A DNA stretch of 64,000 nt from Octopus vulgaris. Lineage: Eukaryota. A model generated the notes under the pieces. It searched no databases. It was not told the DNA's origin and saw only the letters and a list, made by a program, of their open reading frames with translations. The position numbers and the translations under genes are program-made. Positions 38,860 through 52,836 of this stretch are shown piece after piece; the first letter of the stretch is position 1, and every line of letters begins with the position of its first letter. Location of the stretch: contig OX597819.1 in NCBI GenBank assembly GCA_951406725.2, forward strand, positions 70,246,001 through 70,310,000, read 5' to 3'.

Positions 38860-39374
38860 TGATCCTCTCATATGTATAAACACACACCCACACACATGAA
38901 GGGTTTCTTTCAGTTTCTGTCTACCAAATCCACTGACAAGGCTTCAGTCAGCTCAAAGCTGTATGAGAAAAAAACTTGCCCGAGGTGCCATGCAGAAGAA
39001 CTGAACCTGGAACCATGTGGTTAGGAGAGATCTTCTTACCACACAACCACACCTGTGCCATATGTTATTCTTTAACTTGTTTCAGTCATTTGACTGCAGC
39101 CATGCTAGAGCACCACCTTTAGTCGAACAAATTGACCCCAGTACTTATTCTTTGTAAGCCTGGTACTTATTCTATTGGCCTCTTTTGCCAAATCACTAAG
39201 TTATAGGGACAGAAACACACCAACATCGGTTGTCAAGCAATGGTGGGGAGGACAAACACACAGAAATATTAAAAGAACTTTTTTCAATTTATCGTACGTC
39301 GATACAAAAAATATTCACAAAGCCTTGTGAGGGAATTTGGTAGATGGAAACTGAAAGAAGCTTGCCATATATTT

Positions 39375-39926
39375 GTATCGAAATCAAATTCGATGACTGG
39401 TGTCTGTGCAAGCGGGGTGCAAAGAGCACCATACGAGTGTGATCGTTGATAGAGCGTCTAACCGGCTTCCGTTCCAGTGGCACTTAAAAGGCACAATTCG
39501 AGTGTGATCGTTACCAGCGTTGCATTACTGACACTCAAGCACCGTGCTGTAGGGTATTAAGAGCACTATCCGAGTGTGATCATTCCCAGAGCGACTATCT
39601 GGCCTCCGTGCCAGTGGCACGTAAAAGACACCATTCGAGCATGATCATTACCAGCATCACCTTACTGGCACTTGTGCTGATGGCATGTGTAAAAGATTCG
39701 AGCGAGGTCGTTGCCAGTACCACCTGACTGGCCCGTGCCGATGGCACGTAAAAAGCACACACTACACTCTCGGAGTGGTTGGCGTTAGGAAGGGCATCCA
39801 GCTGTAGATACTCTGCCAGTTCAAGATTGAAGTCTGGTGCAGCCATCTGGTTCGCCAGCCCTCAGTCAAATCATCCAACCCATGTTAGCATGGAAAGCAG
39901 ACATTAAACGATGATGATGATGATGA
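39375..39926 (+). mobile_element. RTE LINE 3' UTR, long tandem-unit variant
   Basis: Colinear with 46515-47070. Confidence 0.8.
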
Positions 39927-40775
39927 TGTTTGTGTCTGTGTTTGTTCTTCACCATCATTGCTTGACAATTGGTGCTGGTGTGTTTATGTTCCTATAACTT
40001 AGTGGTTCAGCAAAAAGTCTGAGAGAATAAGTCCTGGGATTGATATATTCAACAAAAGTTCTTCAAGGTGGTGCCCCAGCATGGCCACAATCTAATGACT
40101 GAAACAAGTAAAGGATAAAAGAAAGGGGCTAAACACAGAGGGGACAAACAAGGACAGACAAACGGATTAAGTCGATTATATCGACCCCAGTGCGTAACTA
40201 GTACTTATTTAATCGACCCCGAAAGGATAACAGGCAAAGTCGACCTCGGCGGAATTTGAACTCTGAACGTAGCGGCAGACGAAATACCGCTAAACATTTT
40301 GCCCGGCGTGCTAACGTTTCTGCCAGCTCGCTGCCTTCCATCTAAGGATTATTGTTATTATTTGTGTGTTTGTGTGTGTGTGTGTGTTTGTACTTTATCA
40401 CTGCTTGACAACCGGTGTTGGTGTGTTTACATTCCTGTAATTTAGCAGTTCGGCTTAAGGGTCCAAAGAATAAGTACTAAGCTTTAAAAATAAGCAATGG
40501 TGTCGATTTGTTCAACTAAAACCCTTCAAGGCTGTGCTCCAGCAAGGCCACCGTCAACAATTAAAAAAATAAAAGAATACATACGCACACGCGAATATAT
40601 TCTATGTTTATATATAAGCATGTGTGTGTATCTACAAATCTTATTCTCTCTACCTACCAGTCAAATTTACTACACACACGCATGTATGTATGTATGTATG
40701 TATGTATATAAGCATGCACGTATGTGTACACGTGTGCATATGTCGGTTTTGCATGTTTGTATACATATATACATT

Positions 40776-40806
<31 letters not shown>

Positions 40807-41193
40807 GTGTGTGTGCGTACGTGCGTGTGCGGAGGCACGTGGCTAAGTGGTTAAAGTGTTGCAGTGTTGATCATAAGATTAGTGGTTCCAATTTCTGGAG
40901 CAGGCGATGTGTTGTGTTCTTCGGCGAAACACTTCATTTCCCGTTGCTCCAGACGGACCAGCGTCCATTCTAACGAGGAAGATATACCCGACAGAATGCG
41001 GTAACCCAGCCTTAATAACCTACGGCCCCACCTAACAAGTTCAGAATAAGTCTGTTTATCTATATCTGTCTGTCTATCTATCTATCTATCTATCTGTCAG
41101 TCAGTCTATCCATCTATTTATCCGTGTCTATCTATCCATCGATCTATTCATCTATCTGTCTGTTTCTCTCTCTATATATATATGTGTGTGTGT

Positions 41194-41230
<37 letters not shown>

Positions 41231-42324
41231 GTCTACCTATCTGTCTGTATGCGTATCGATCAGTTTATCTCTTTTCTATCAACCTGTCTGTAAACCGATA
41301 TTCGTCCGTCATTCAATCTGTCTATCAGGAAATTTTATACAAATATGCTTCATATGGTGTGGTGTGCATTCCAATTACATGTGAATTTGTTATGAAATTT
41401 TTATTTCCGTGAGTCGGGAGAGAGGTTTCAGAAAATTCACACGAAGTGGCTTTGTTTCCTCATAGCCTTTTTTTTTTTTTTTAATGACATTTTTCAATGA
41501 AATTTTCTTTTTCCACAAACTCCTTTCAGAGTGTGGAGATTACGATATATTGAAATTTAATATAAAAAAAAAAGTTGGTGGTCTCGCACACATCACATAT
41601 ATCTACAAAACGAAACATGAAATTTCGAAAGAAAAATTGTCATGTGTGTCATTATGTATGTGCGCGTGCTCACCATTTTTCTATTCGCACCAGATTCCGA
41701 TATAATCGTAATTTATAAACACAAAAAGGTATTTCTAGAAAAAAAAAATTCATTCAAAAATATCCATTTTTCCGAAAGTTATGCGGAAGCTAAACTGATA
41801 CATGCGAATTGTCCGAAACTCGTCTTTCCAACCCCTGAAGCATTTTTTTCTTTTTCTTTTTTTACATAACAAATTCCCGTATAATCGGAATCTACACCAT
41901 CTGAAGCATATTTGTAGTTAATCCCATTAAAAAAAATACCAGTTTTTCAGGAAGTTATGAGGAAACAAAGTCGAGTGGGGGAGAACACTTATGCCGAATT
42001 TAATCCGCTCTTCTCCTGTCCGTACGTCAATTATATCTCTCTCCCCTTTTTTCTCTCTCTCTCTCTTTCAGTTTTCCTTTCTCTTTCTTTCTCTCTCTCA
42101 CTTTTCTTTCTCTGTCTATCTCTCTCAATCTCTCTTGCTGTACATACATACATACAGGTATTATAAATAATATATAAATATATGCATATATAGGTACTTC
42201 TATATATATGTTTTTATTTTTCATTCCCTTCGAAACTGCTCTTAACTGTGGTTTGGACTTCTTGACTGTTCTTTCTAGTAGGTTAGGCAACCTGTTAAGG
42301 CTCGCCTCTTTGTACTTAAATGTA

Positions 42325-42374
<50 letters not shown>

Positions 42375-42544
42375 TCGTATATGGTGTGTTGTGAATTTAT
42401 GGAAAGAAATCACTTAAAACTCAACAATTTATCAGGAAAACTCCAAATTAAAAGACGAATTTAATTCAATCTTTATGTGTGTGTGAGTGTGTATGAGTTA
42501 GTGGACAAACGAAAGTAGCACGGATTCTGTATCAAACTGCTTCG

Positions 42545-42587
<43 letters not shown>

Positions 42588-43272
42588 CTATCTATACAGC
42601 TGTCTCTCTATCACATATCGATGCACTATATTATCTTTCACATATAAACCGATGAACAAAGCCAGAGGAACAAACGAAAACAAACCTACCTAGTTTAATG
42701 GTATATTAGTTTGGTCCAACTCCTTCAGCTGACACAGATTATCTATTCGTTCTGACTGAAGGTGGCGATGGTAGTGGTGGCGGTGATAGTTTTTTTTGGA
42801 GACTATGATGGTGACAGCGGCGATGGTGGTTGTAGTGGTGATGGAGGTAGTGGCGGGGGGGAAGCGATTGTGGTGTTGGTTATGATGTTGGTGGTGCTAA
42901 CTGGTGGTGGGGGGGTGTAAGTAGTAGTAGTAGTAGGAATTGTAGAGGTGGTAGTGGGGATGATGATGATGGTGATGGTCGTCGTCATGGTGGGGGTGGG
43001 TGGCAACAGTGGTGGCGGGAGGAGGGTTCGAACATTGGAACTTGTGTATACGAAGAGGAGTTAAGAGAAAATGGGAAAGAGGGAGGGAGGGAGGGAAAGT
43101 TTTTGAAAGAAAAGAAATAAAATATGAAAAACAAACTGAAAAGAAAAGTCAGGCAGTGAGAAATAAAGAAAAGAAAAGAAAAGAAGAAAGGTCTAAGAAC
43201 CACATACTCTAAGACGTGTGTGACAGCCAGGAAATCTGTTTATATACATCTCTTAATATGTTTTAATATGTT

Positions 43273-43322
<50 letters not shown>

Positions 43323-43363
43323 CTTGTGTGTGTGTGTAAAAACTGTATTTTTTCGTTTTTATT

Positions 43364-43410
<47 letters not shown>

Positions 43411-43419
43411 TATAAATAT

Positions 43420-43801
43420 CGGGGCACTCCGTCGGTTACGACGACGAGGGTTCCAGTTGATCCGATCAACGAAACAGCCTGCTCGTGAAATTAACGTGCA
43501 AGTGGCTGAGCACTCCACAGACATGTGTACCCTTAATGTAGTTCTTGAGAAGACTCAGCGTGACACAGAGTGTGACAAGGCTAGCCCCTTTGAAAATACA
43601 GGTACAACAGAAACAGGAAGAAAGAGTGAGAGAAAGTTGTGGTGAAAGTGTACAGCTGGATTCGCCACCACCCCCTGCCGGAGCCTCGTCGAGCTTTAGG
43701 TGTTTTCGCTCAATAAACACTCATAACGTATCTGTGAACCGAAATCGCGATCCTACAACCCCGAGTCCGATGCCCTAACCACTGGGCCATTGGGCCTCCA
43801 C
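43420..43801 (-). mobile_element. SINE family C, full-length and CpG-rich
   Basis: Head tgtggaggcccaatggcccagtggttaggg and tail ...cgtcgtcgtaaccgacggagtgcc; colinear with 45094-45478. Confidence 0.85.
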
Positions 43802-43918
43802 AATATATAAATATATGTATATATGTACGACTTGATATGATGATATGATTGTTAGCGTATTTTCATTCGTAACTTACATATTGTGTGCGCATGTTTGTAT
43901 GTGTATGTGTGTGTATGC

Positions 43919-43974
<56 letters not shown>

Positions 43975-44549
43975 GTATTTGTGTGTACATACTTCATGCA
44001 TAAATAATGAAATATTTCCATATGTAAATGTAAATATATGCAGCCACGCAAAAAATGTATGCATACATACACACATACATATATACATACATATGTGTGT
44101 GTGTATATATATAAGGTCCCACGGAGGCAAATGGCTAAGTTCCTTTCAAGCGCTGAGCCTTATGGAGGCATGTCGCTGAGATCCTTTTGAGCATTGGGCC
44201 TGGGCCTTATGGAGGCAATGACCAAGACCTTTGGCATTATGTCATGCTTCAGAAGAAGAACCATTAAGCCGAGCAAAATCACAGTTATGGCAGATACCAG
44301 TGTCACGCAAACAGCACCCGTGCCAGTGGCACGTAAAAACACCCATTACACTTTTGGAGTGGTTAGCATTAGGAAGGTCATCCATCCATAGAAAACCATG
44401 CCAAATCAGACTGGAGCCTGGCACAGCCTTCCAGCATGCCAGCACAGTCAAACTGTCCAACCCATGCCAGCATGGGCAACAGCCGTTAAACGATGACGAC
44501 GACGACGACGATGATGATGATGTATTTTACTCTTTTACTCTGCAGTGAT

Positions 44550-45505
44550 GCTGGAGCACCATTGTGGTCTTTCTGATTTCCTCAGTCCGAGACATTCCAA
44601 ATCACCACTCCTGTATGTGCCTTTGTCCCAGCTGTTGGTCCATTTGGTGTATAAGGGAATTTGCTCCCACTGCCCTCGTCTGTACCTCATGTTGGATTTT
44701 GTGGAGAGGAGGTTGTCTAGTTCCTTTTTGAAGACATCTGCTGCCACCTTATGCAGACTTCTAAATTTTTATGGCAGGGCATTGAAGGGCTGTGGGCCTT
44801 TGAACCAGTACCTGGTCCTAAATTTAGATGGAGTAGATGGTACCTTTAGTACATTACAATGGCAGCCAGTTCTGGCATTTGTATAACACTCAATGTCGAA
44901 ATTAGGTACTAGCCCTTCTAGAGTTTTCCATATGTAAATTATTGTATATTTCTCACCCCTTCGCTCCAGGGAGTAAAACTGTAGTTTTCTCAGCCTATCC
45001 CTGTAGCTCTTCCTCTGCAGTATTTCAATCATTTTAGTGTAGTGGGATTGGACTGCTTGAAGCTCTGCTGTTAGTTTGGTATTATGTGGTGACTGTGGAA
45101 GTGCAATAGCCCAGAGGTTAAGGCAGTGGACATACAGTCATACGATCACAGTTTCGATTCCCAGACCAGGCGTTGTGGGTGTTTATTGAGCGAAAACACC
45201 TAAAGCTCTCCATGAAGCTCTGGTAGGGGAAGGTGGCGACCCTGCTGTACTCTTTCACCACAACTTTCTCTCACTCTTTCTTCCTGTTTCTGTTGTACCT
45301 GTATTTTCAAAGGGGTCAACCTTGTCACACTGTGTTATGCTGAATCTTCCCGAGAACTACATTAAGGGTACACATGTCTGTGGAGTGCTCAGCCACTTGC
45401 ATGTTAATTTCATGAGCAGGCTGTTCAGTTGATTGGATCAACTGGAACCCTCATCTTCATAACTGACAGAGTGCCACAATGTAGTGACCAAAACTGGGAG
45501 CAGTT
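44550..45505 (-). mobile_element. CR1-type LINE 3' fragment interrupted by a SINE
   Basis: SYRDRLRKLQFYSLERR..YTIIYIWK.LEG, FNALP and FKKELD; continues beyond the SINE as CSQFWS. Confidence 0.8.
45094..45478 (+). mobile_element. SINE family C with 10-bp target-site duplication
   Basis: TSD atgtggtgac at 45084-45093 and atgtagtgac at 45479-45488. Confidence 0.85.
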
Positions 45506-46059
45506 ATATATATATCAAACAAAACAAAAGGAGCTTGACCATCATTGGTCAGTATGGGTCAACATTATTGTGGTGATAACTCAGCAACAGATGAAACACT
45601 GCACATGATTAGTGTGGATTAGCTGCATGGCAAGACGTTTGCTTCCTAACCACATGGTTCTAGGTTCAGTCCCACTGCTTAGCACCTTGGGCAAGTGTCT
45701 TCTACTATAATCTTGGGCCAACCAAAGCTTAGTAAACGAATTTGGTAGATGGAAACTGAAAGAATATATATATATATAAATAGATGATGAGTAAAGTACC
45801 GGAACAGTTTCGATTACCTGTTGTTATCTGTAGATTTATTGCAGGAACTTCCTAGTATTGGTTGGAGCAACAGTATTAATAAAATAGTGGTATGTAAGCT
45901 GACTCAAGAAATCTCCAGTGAGACATTTTATTAATGCACCCAAAGAGACCCAGAATGGGTCGAAACATGTGTTGTACCCAATAAAGTCTACGCTTGTGTA
46001 TGAACAGCCATGCTACATGGCAGTGAAACATAGGCTGTGACTGCTGAGTACATGTGTAA

Positions 46060-47070
46060 GCTCGCAAGGAATGAAGCCAGTATGATCCGATGGATGTGTA
46101 ATGTCAGTATGCATACTCGACAGAGTATACCTTGAGAGGAAGGTTGAACCTAAGAAGCATTAGATGTGGTGTGCAAGAGAGACGACTGCACTGGTATGGT
46201 CATCTGGCGAGAATGGATGAGGATAGCTGTGTGAAAAAGTGCCACACCCAAGCGATTGAGGGAACCTGTGGAAGAGGTAGACCCAGGAAGACCTGGGATG
46301 AAGTGGTGGAGCACGACCTTCAAACATTAGGCCTCACCAAGGAAATGACTAGTGACCGAAACTTTTCGAAATATGCTGTGCTTGAGAAGACCCAGCAAGC
46401 TAAATGAAACCATAACCTGTAGCCTATGCCAGGAACGTAACCAGTCCACTTATGCGTACCTTTACTTCTTTGGACACTAAATTCTGCTTGTGAAGACCTG
46501 TTGAGGCAAGTGAAATCAAAATCAAATTCGATGACTGGCATCCGTGCTAGCGGGGTGCAAAGAGCACCATACGAATGTAATCGTTGACAGAGCGGCTAAC
46601 CGGCTTCTGTGCCAGTGGCACATAAAAGGCACCATTCGAGTGTGATTGTTACCAACGTCGCCTTACTGGCACTTGTGCCTGTGTTAGTAGGGTGCCAAGA
46701 GCACCATCCGAGCGTAATCGTTGCCAAGGCAGCGAACTGGCTACCATGCTAGTGGCACGTAAAAGGGCACCATTCAAGCGTGATCGTTACCAACATCGCC
46801 TTACTGGCACCTGTGCCGGTGGTATGTGTAAAAAGATTCGAGCAAGGTCATTGCCAGTACCGCCTGACTGACCCCTGTGCCGGTGGCATGTAAAAAGCAC
46901 CCACTACACTCTTGGAGTGGTTGGCATTAGGAAGGGCATCCAGCTGTAGAAACCCTGCCAGATCAAGATTGGAGCCTGGTGCAGCCATCTGGTTCGCCAG
47001 CCCTCAGTCAAAATCGTCCAACCCATGCTAGCATGGAAACCGGATGTTAAACGATGATGATGATGATGAT
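46060..47070 (+). mobile_element. RTE LINE 3' kilobase: ORF end plus tandem-repeat 3' UTR and (GAT)n tail
   Basis: MIRWMC, RRLHWYGHLARM and GRGRPRKTWDEVV, contiguous with the abundant tail. Confidence 0.88.
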
Positions 47071-47246
47071 ATATATACACATATATATATATGTGTGTGT
47101 GTGTGTATATGTATATATGCCGTCAATTTATCACATAACCATAAAAGGTGTACACTCTAAAGCATAGAGCAGTAATCAATTTGTTAGTAGTTAATTTTAT
47201 GTCCAGTCATAGAGTGACCAATGGTTTTGCATCCACAAAGGCCTAT

Positions 47247-47284
<38 letters not shown>

Positions 47285-48720
47285 TTAACGTCCATTGTCC
47301 ATGCTGGCATGGGTTGGATGGTTTAACCAGGGCTGGTAAGCTGGAAGACTGCACCAGACTCCAGTCTGAGTTGACATGGTTTTCTACGGATGAATGTCCT
47401 TCCTAACGCCAACCAATCCAAGAGTGTAATAACTCCCTTTATGTGCCACCAGTATGGGTGCCACTTACGTGACACTGGTATCTTCTGCAACTGCAATTTT
47501 GCTCAACTTGATGGATCTTCTTCTCAAGCGCAACATAATACCAAAGGTCTTAGTCATTGCCTCCATGAGGCCCAACACTCAAAAGGAACTTGGCCACTTT
47601 GGCTGCATGTGGCCCAATACTTGAAAGGAACTCAGTCACTTTGCCTCCATGAGGCCCAATGCTCAAATTTTCTTTACATGCCACCAGCATGGGTGCCAAA
47701 TATACATACATGTGTGTGTTACTGTTTCATTTTGTAAACAAGTGTCTCATGCAAGCTGTGTCCTTCATTACCAACCATCTGTGAAAATATAGCTGGTCAT
47801 GGGGAAATATTATCTTACTTGAAAACAAATGAGAGTTGGTGACTGGAAGGGTATCCAGCTTAGAAAATCTGCCTCCAAAAATTCCATCCAACCCATGCAG
47901 GCATGGAAAAATGGGTTTTAAAATAGTGATGATGATGATATATATATATCATCATCATCATAATTTAAAATCCATTGTCCATGCTGGCATGGGCTGGACA
48001 GTGTGACCAGAGCTGGCAATCTGAGGACTACACCAGACTCCAGTCTGATTTAGCATGCACTAATATTGAACAGTGACAATGAGTGCTGCTCAACTCCACA
48101 TTTATTTGTGAGTTAACAAGGCTACCAATGGTCTCAAGTGAAAAGATGTTCACAATTGTTCAAACATGCTACATGGAAATGTTGGCTCTCATCACCATTT
48201 TTGGAAAGCAGACATTGGTGTTCAATGTCAGCCTTGGACACATCAGATTCTTGTCAACCCATCAAACCCATGCCAGTATGGAAAATGGACATTATATGAT
48301 GATGATGATGATACACACACACGCGCACACACACACACATACACACAGACACATCATCATCATCATCTTCCTCGTTTAATGTCCACTTTCTATGCTGGCA
48401 TGGGTTGGACGGTTTGATTGAGGAGTGAGAAGCCAGAGACTGCACCAGGCTCCAATCTGGTCTGGCAAGGTTTCTACAGCTGGATGCCCTTCCTAACACC
48501 AACCCTTCCGAGAGAGTAGTGGGTGCTTTTTACATGCCACCAGTATGGAGACCAGTCAGGTGGCACTGGCATCAACCATGCTAGAATGGTGCTTTTTACA
48601 TGCCACCAGCACGGGGGCCAGTCAGGTGGCACAGGCATCCACTATGCTCGAATGGTGCTTTTTACATGCCATTGGCACAGGAGCCAGTCAGGAGACATAT
48701 ATGTATATATATATATTATT

Positions 48721-48911
48721 GTAGGAGTGGCTGTGTGGTAAGTATAGGCATAGGAGTGGCTGTGTGGTAAGTAGCTTGCTTACGAACCACAAGGTTCCAG
48801 GTTCAGTCCCACTGTGTGGCACCCTGGGCAAGTGTCTTCTACTATAGCCTCGAGCTGACCAAAGCCTTGTGAGTAGATTTGGTTGAGGGAAACTGAAAGA
48901 AGCCCGCCGTA

Positions 48912-48964
<53 letters not shown>

Positions 48965-49185
48965 GCGTGTATATGTTTGTGTGTCTGTGTTTGTCCCTCC
49001 AACATCACTGGCAACCGATGCTGGTGTGTTTACGTCCCCGTAACTCAGCGGTTTGGCAAGAGAGACCGATAGAATAAGTACTAGGCTTACAAACAATAAG
49101 TCCTGGGGTTGATTTGCTCAACTAAAAGGCAGTGCTCCAGCATGGCCACAGTCACATGACTGAAACAAGTAAAAGAGTAAAGAGA
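48721..49185 (+). mobile_element. SINE family A with duplicated 5' head
   Basis: taggagtggctgtgtggtaagta occurs twice, at 48722 and 48751. Confidence 0.85.
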
Positions 49186-49384
49186 TATGTATACACATGT
49201 ATACATGACAGGCTTCTTGCAGTTTCTATCTACAAAATGCACTCAAAATGCTTTGGTTGGCCTAGGGCTATAATAGAAAAAATTTTCCCAAGTACCATGC
49301 AGTGAGAGTGAACCTGAAACCACATGGTTGGGAAGCCAACTTCATACCCACTACCCACACAATGTGAACCGCCTTTATTTTATT

Positions 49385-50372
49385 TAGTATAATAATAATA
49401 ATGAAATTATTGTGTATAATGCTCAGGTGCACTACAACCTATCAGAGGTGCATGTACCATTCATAGAATTATATACAAAAGTCAGGAAAGGGTACAGTGT
49501 ATGAGACATGATGTACATGTGTGCATGCATATGGAGGGTGGGATATCAGGTGTAGTGTTGGCGAATTGCAGGAAGCATGGAGGTTTTAAAGGATGCAATG
49601 TATTGGCAACTAACAACTGATGCAGGTAGCTTGTTCCATGCTTCAGCAACTCTGGTTGTGAAAAAAATGGATCCGAAAGTCATGGGAGCTGTGCTGTTTT
49701 CTGACTTTGTAGGCATACCCACATGTGTTAGACACATGGAATTCAAAAAGGTGCTCAAGGTGTTTGTTGGCACGATGGTTAATAATTGTGTGGATGTTTA
49801 CCAAGTCAGTTGCCAGATGTTGGAGCTCCAGTGTATCCATGCCCAGTGAAGCAAGGCATTCAGAGTATGGTAGATGCCTGATGGAGGGTATTCACTTGGT
49901 TGCGCATCTCTGAAGTTTCCAGGAGGTCAATGTTCTGAGCAAGATAAGGGTTGCAGACTGGTGATGCAAATTCCAAGTGTGGCCACACCATACCCATATA
50001 TACAGCCTTAACCCTTTCATTACCAACCCAGCTGAAACCAGCTCTGGCTCTGTAGTACAAATGTTTTGTTTTCATAAGTTTTGAATTAAAATCTTCCACC
50101 AAATCTTAGTCACATTTTATGTTCCTAACATTAGCTTATTGATAACTAAGTTATTTTACTAAATTCTTTGTTATATTTAAAGTAATTGAAAGAAACACAG
50201 AGCATCTCAAAATAAATACAGTAACGAAAGGGTTAAAAAGATAGCTGGAGAGCAGCTGCCAAAGGTCTTACTGAGTGATGTTAAGACACCCTCATCCTTC
50301 TTGACAATTTTAGAGATCTGCTTTGTCCAGCACAAATTGCTACTGACAGTAATACACAGGTCATGTTCACAA
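49385..50372 (-). mobile_element. CR1/L2-type LINE 3' fragment interrupted by a piggyBac MITE
   Basis: LRLY..MVWPHLEFASPVCNPY and FFTTRVAEAWNKLPASVV, with (TTA)n-like tail. Confidence 0.85.
50012..50232. mobile_element. piggyBac-type MITE (221 bp) with TTAA TSD
   Basis: TTAA at 50008-50011 and 50233-50236; TIRs ccctttcattac / gtaacgaaaggg. Confidence 0.9.
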
Positions 50373-51775
50373 GAAGACTTTTATTAGTATTAGTATTTTT
50401 CCATTCAGTTTGTTTCAATTCAGTTACAAAGTCCTTTGCTAGTTTGTCTCATAAAAACCAGGACTATTTATTATAAACTATTTGTTCATATGAATAGCAG
50501 CAGATAAAATATTAAACGGCAAAAGACAGTCATGTCTTTCTCTTTCTTTCTTACACACTTGTGTCTTTAATAATATTCTATTATTGATCAGATCGGAGCC
50601 CCGTGCAGCCAACTGGCTCACCAGTCCCCAGTCAAACCGTCCAACCCATGCCAGCATGGAAAGCGGACATTAAATGATGATGGTGATGATGGTGGTGGTG
50701 GTGGTGGTGGTGGTGGTGGTGGTGGTGGTGGTGGTGGTGGTGGTGGTGATGGTGATGATGGTGATGGTGATGGTGATGATGTTGATGATGATGTTGATGA
50801 TGGTGGTGATGATGATATTATAAAGCTGCAAGCTGACAGAACCATTGCCATTCCAGACAAAAATACTAAGTAGCATTTTTTTTTTTTTACTTTACATACT
50901 GAGTTTAACTACTGCCAGGGTTGACTTTGGCTTTCATTCTTTCAGGGGTCAGTAATAAGTACCAGTTGATCACTGGGGTTAATATCATCAACTTACCACC
51001 TCCCTGAATTTTCTAGCCTTGTGCCAAAATGCAAACCCAATATTTCATTATTAATAAAAGCAACCAACTGGTAGAGTTGTTACCATTCCAAATAGAATGC
51101 TTAGTGGCATTTATTCTGACTTTTATGTTCTGAGTTCAAGATGACTTAAACTTATGAATTAAAGCGATCCTCAAAAGTAATTGAAACAAAGCTAGTGTAT
51201 TTGAACAGAAGTATGGTAGCAAAAGGATTAAAGTGATCCAAATGAGCACCTGCCATCAAAATTTCATGTTAATTTATGTTCCAAACACCAGCTTAACGAG
51301 GACAAAGTTGTTTTAATGAAAGTTTTGTTATTTGCAAAAGTAATTAATACAAAGGCAGAGTATTTCCACTGAAATATGGCAACAAAAGGGTTAGTTAATG
51401 CTTTTGACAAAGTGCTAAAGTATTGACCATATGTTTATAAATTTAAATCTTACTGTAGCCATTGTGGTATGTCCTTGATCAAGGTCTCTAACTGTGTTTG
51501 CTGTTATTTGGCTGGCTGACCAGTTTTTTTGGATGGAATGTTTAACAAATATAGCACTGTTACAGACTGTCCATTCACAAGAGAGGAAATTAGAAAACAA
51601 ACATTGATTTCATTCAATTAAACACTAGAAGCATTTTGATACACACAGAGCTTGTTGCTGTGTTAGTTCAGTTGCACATTGTCGTTGTATGGAAGGTACA
51701 GTATGACCAGATGGTTAAGAAATTTGTTTTGCAACCCTTAGACTTCAGGTTCAAGTTCACTGCATGGTGACATGC

Positions 51776-52200
51776 AGTACTGGATTAACCGTTAAGCAAA
51801 ACAAGCATGTGCTTATGGGTACCAGGGGAAGTCGGGGAGGCACCACAGAAATGGTAAAGGATTTACAGCACAAAACAAATCACTTTAGACTTGCTAAAAT
51901 AATATCCAGGTTGCTTTATTTCTACTGAGTATATAGGAACAGATGTTTCGTAAGATCAATTTCATCTGATGAAAGACTTTGCATTTTAAAATGTGGAGAG
52001 AAAACTTTTCAAATATAAATAAATACATGCAAATATACAAAAATAAGCATTATTTTTCCATCTTCCTGTTAGTTTTGTTTCATTTTGAAAAATCATATTA
52101 TTTTTGGTGGTTTATTATTGTTTATATTTTGAATTACATGTATATGGGTGCACTAAAATCTTTTAAGTGCTTAGGGCCTCTATGGGTCATAATCCAGCCT
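51776..52200. mobile_element. hAT-type MITE, old, within a SINE A relic
   Basis: cagtactggatta ... taatccagcctg termini; no clear TSD. Confidence 0.55.
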
Positions 52201-52480
52201 GGGGAAGTTGGGCAAAAATGACATATTCTATAACCTTGGGTCAGCCCATACCCTTTGAGTGATATTGAATAGATGGAATGTATATAGAAAGTATATTGGT
52301 TGGTAACTATATGCCTACCAGCTGTGAACTTTCTTTAGACACAATCTTAGACAGTGGTTCCTAACCATTTTTTATTGGCCCTGAAGGGATAAAAGTCAAC
52401 AGCGACTTTGGTGTGATTTGAACTAAGAGTGCAGAGATCTAGAACAAATACCATGAAGCATTTCATATGAGACTCTAATG

Positions 52481-52836
52481 CAGTGGTTTTCAACCATATT
52501 TTTTTTATCTATGCACCCCTTTGATTACCATTTTACTCTAGTGCCCCACCAACCTGCCCACTGGCCATTCAGTTTTACTGATATTTCTTTCAAAATTCCA
52601 ATTTCATTTATCACCCATTCACTTGTGTAGGTTTGCAATTACACCCCCTGACGGAACATATTTCAATGGTCAGAAACATGTTGAATTAAGTTAAGACACT
52701 AGCTGTGTCTTGCAATAAGTATGTCTAAAGCAAAATCTTTTTATGGGCCCTTAAAATACTATGGTAAATCCCTAATTTGCTATTTTGCTTGCATGGAGAC
52801 CCCAGAGGTCATATGGATTCCTGTTGAGAACCACTG
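52481..52836. mobile_element. hAT (Charlie-like) MITE
   Basis: cagtggttttcaac ... gttgagaaccactg TIRs; no clear TSD. Confidence 0.7.
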
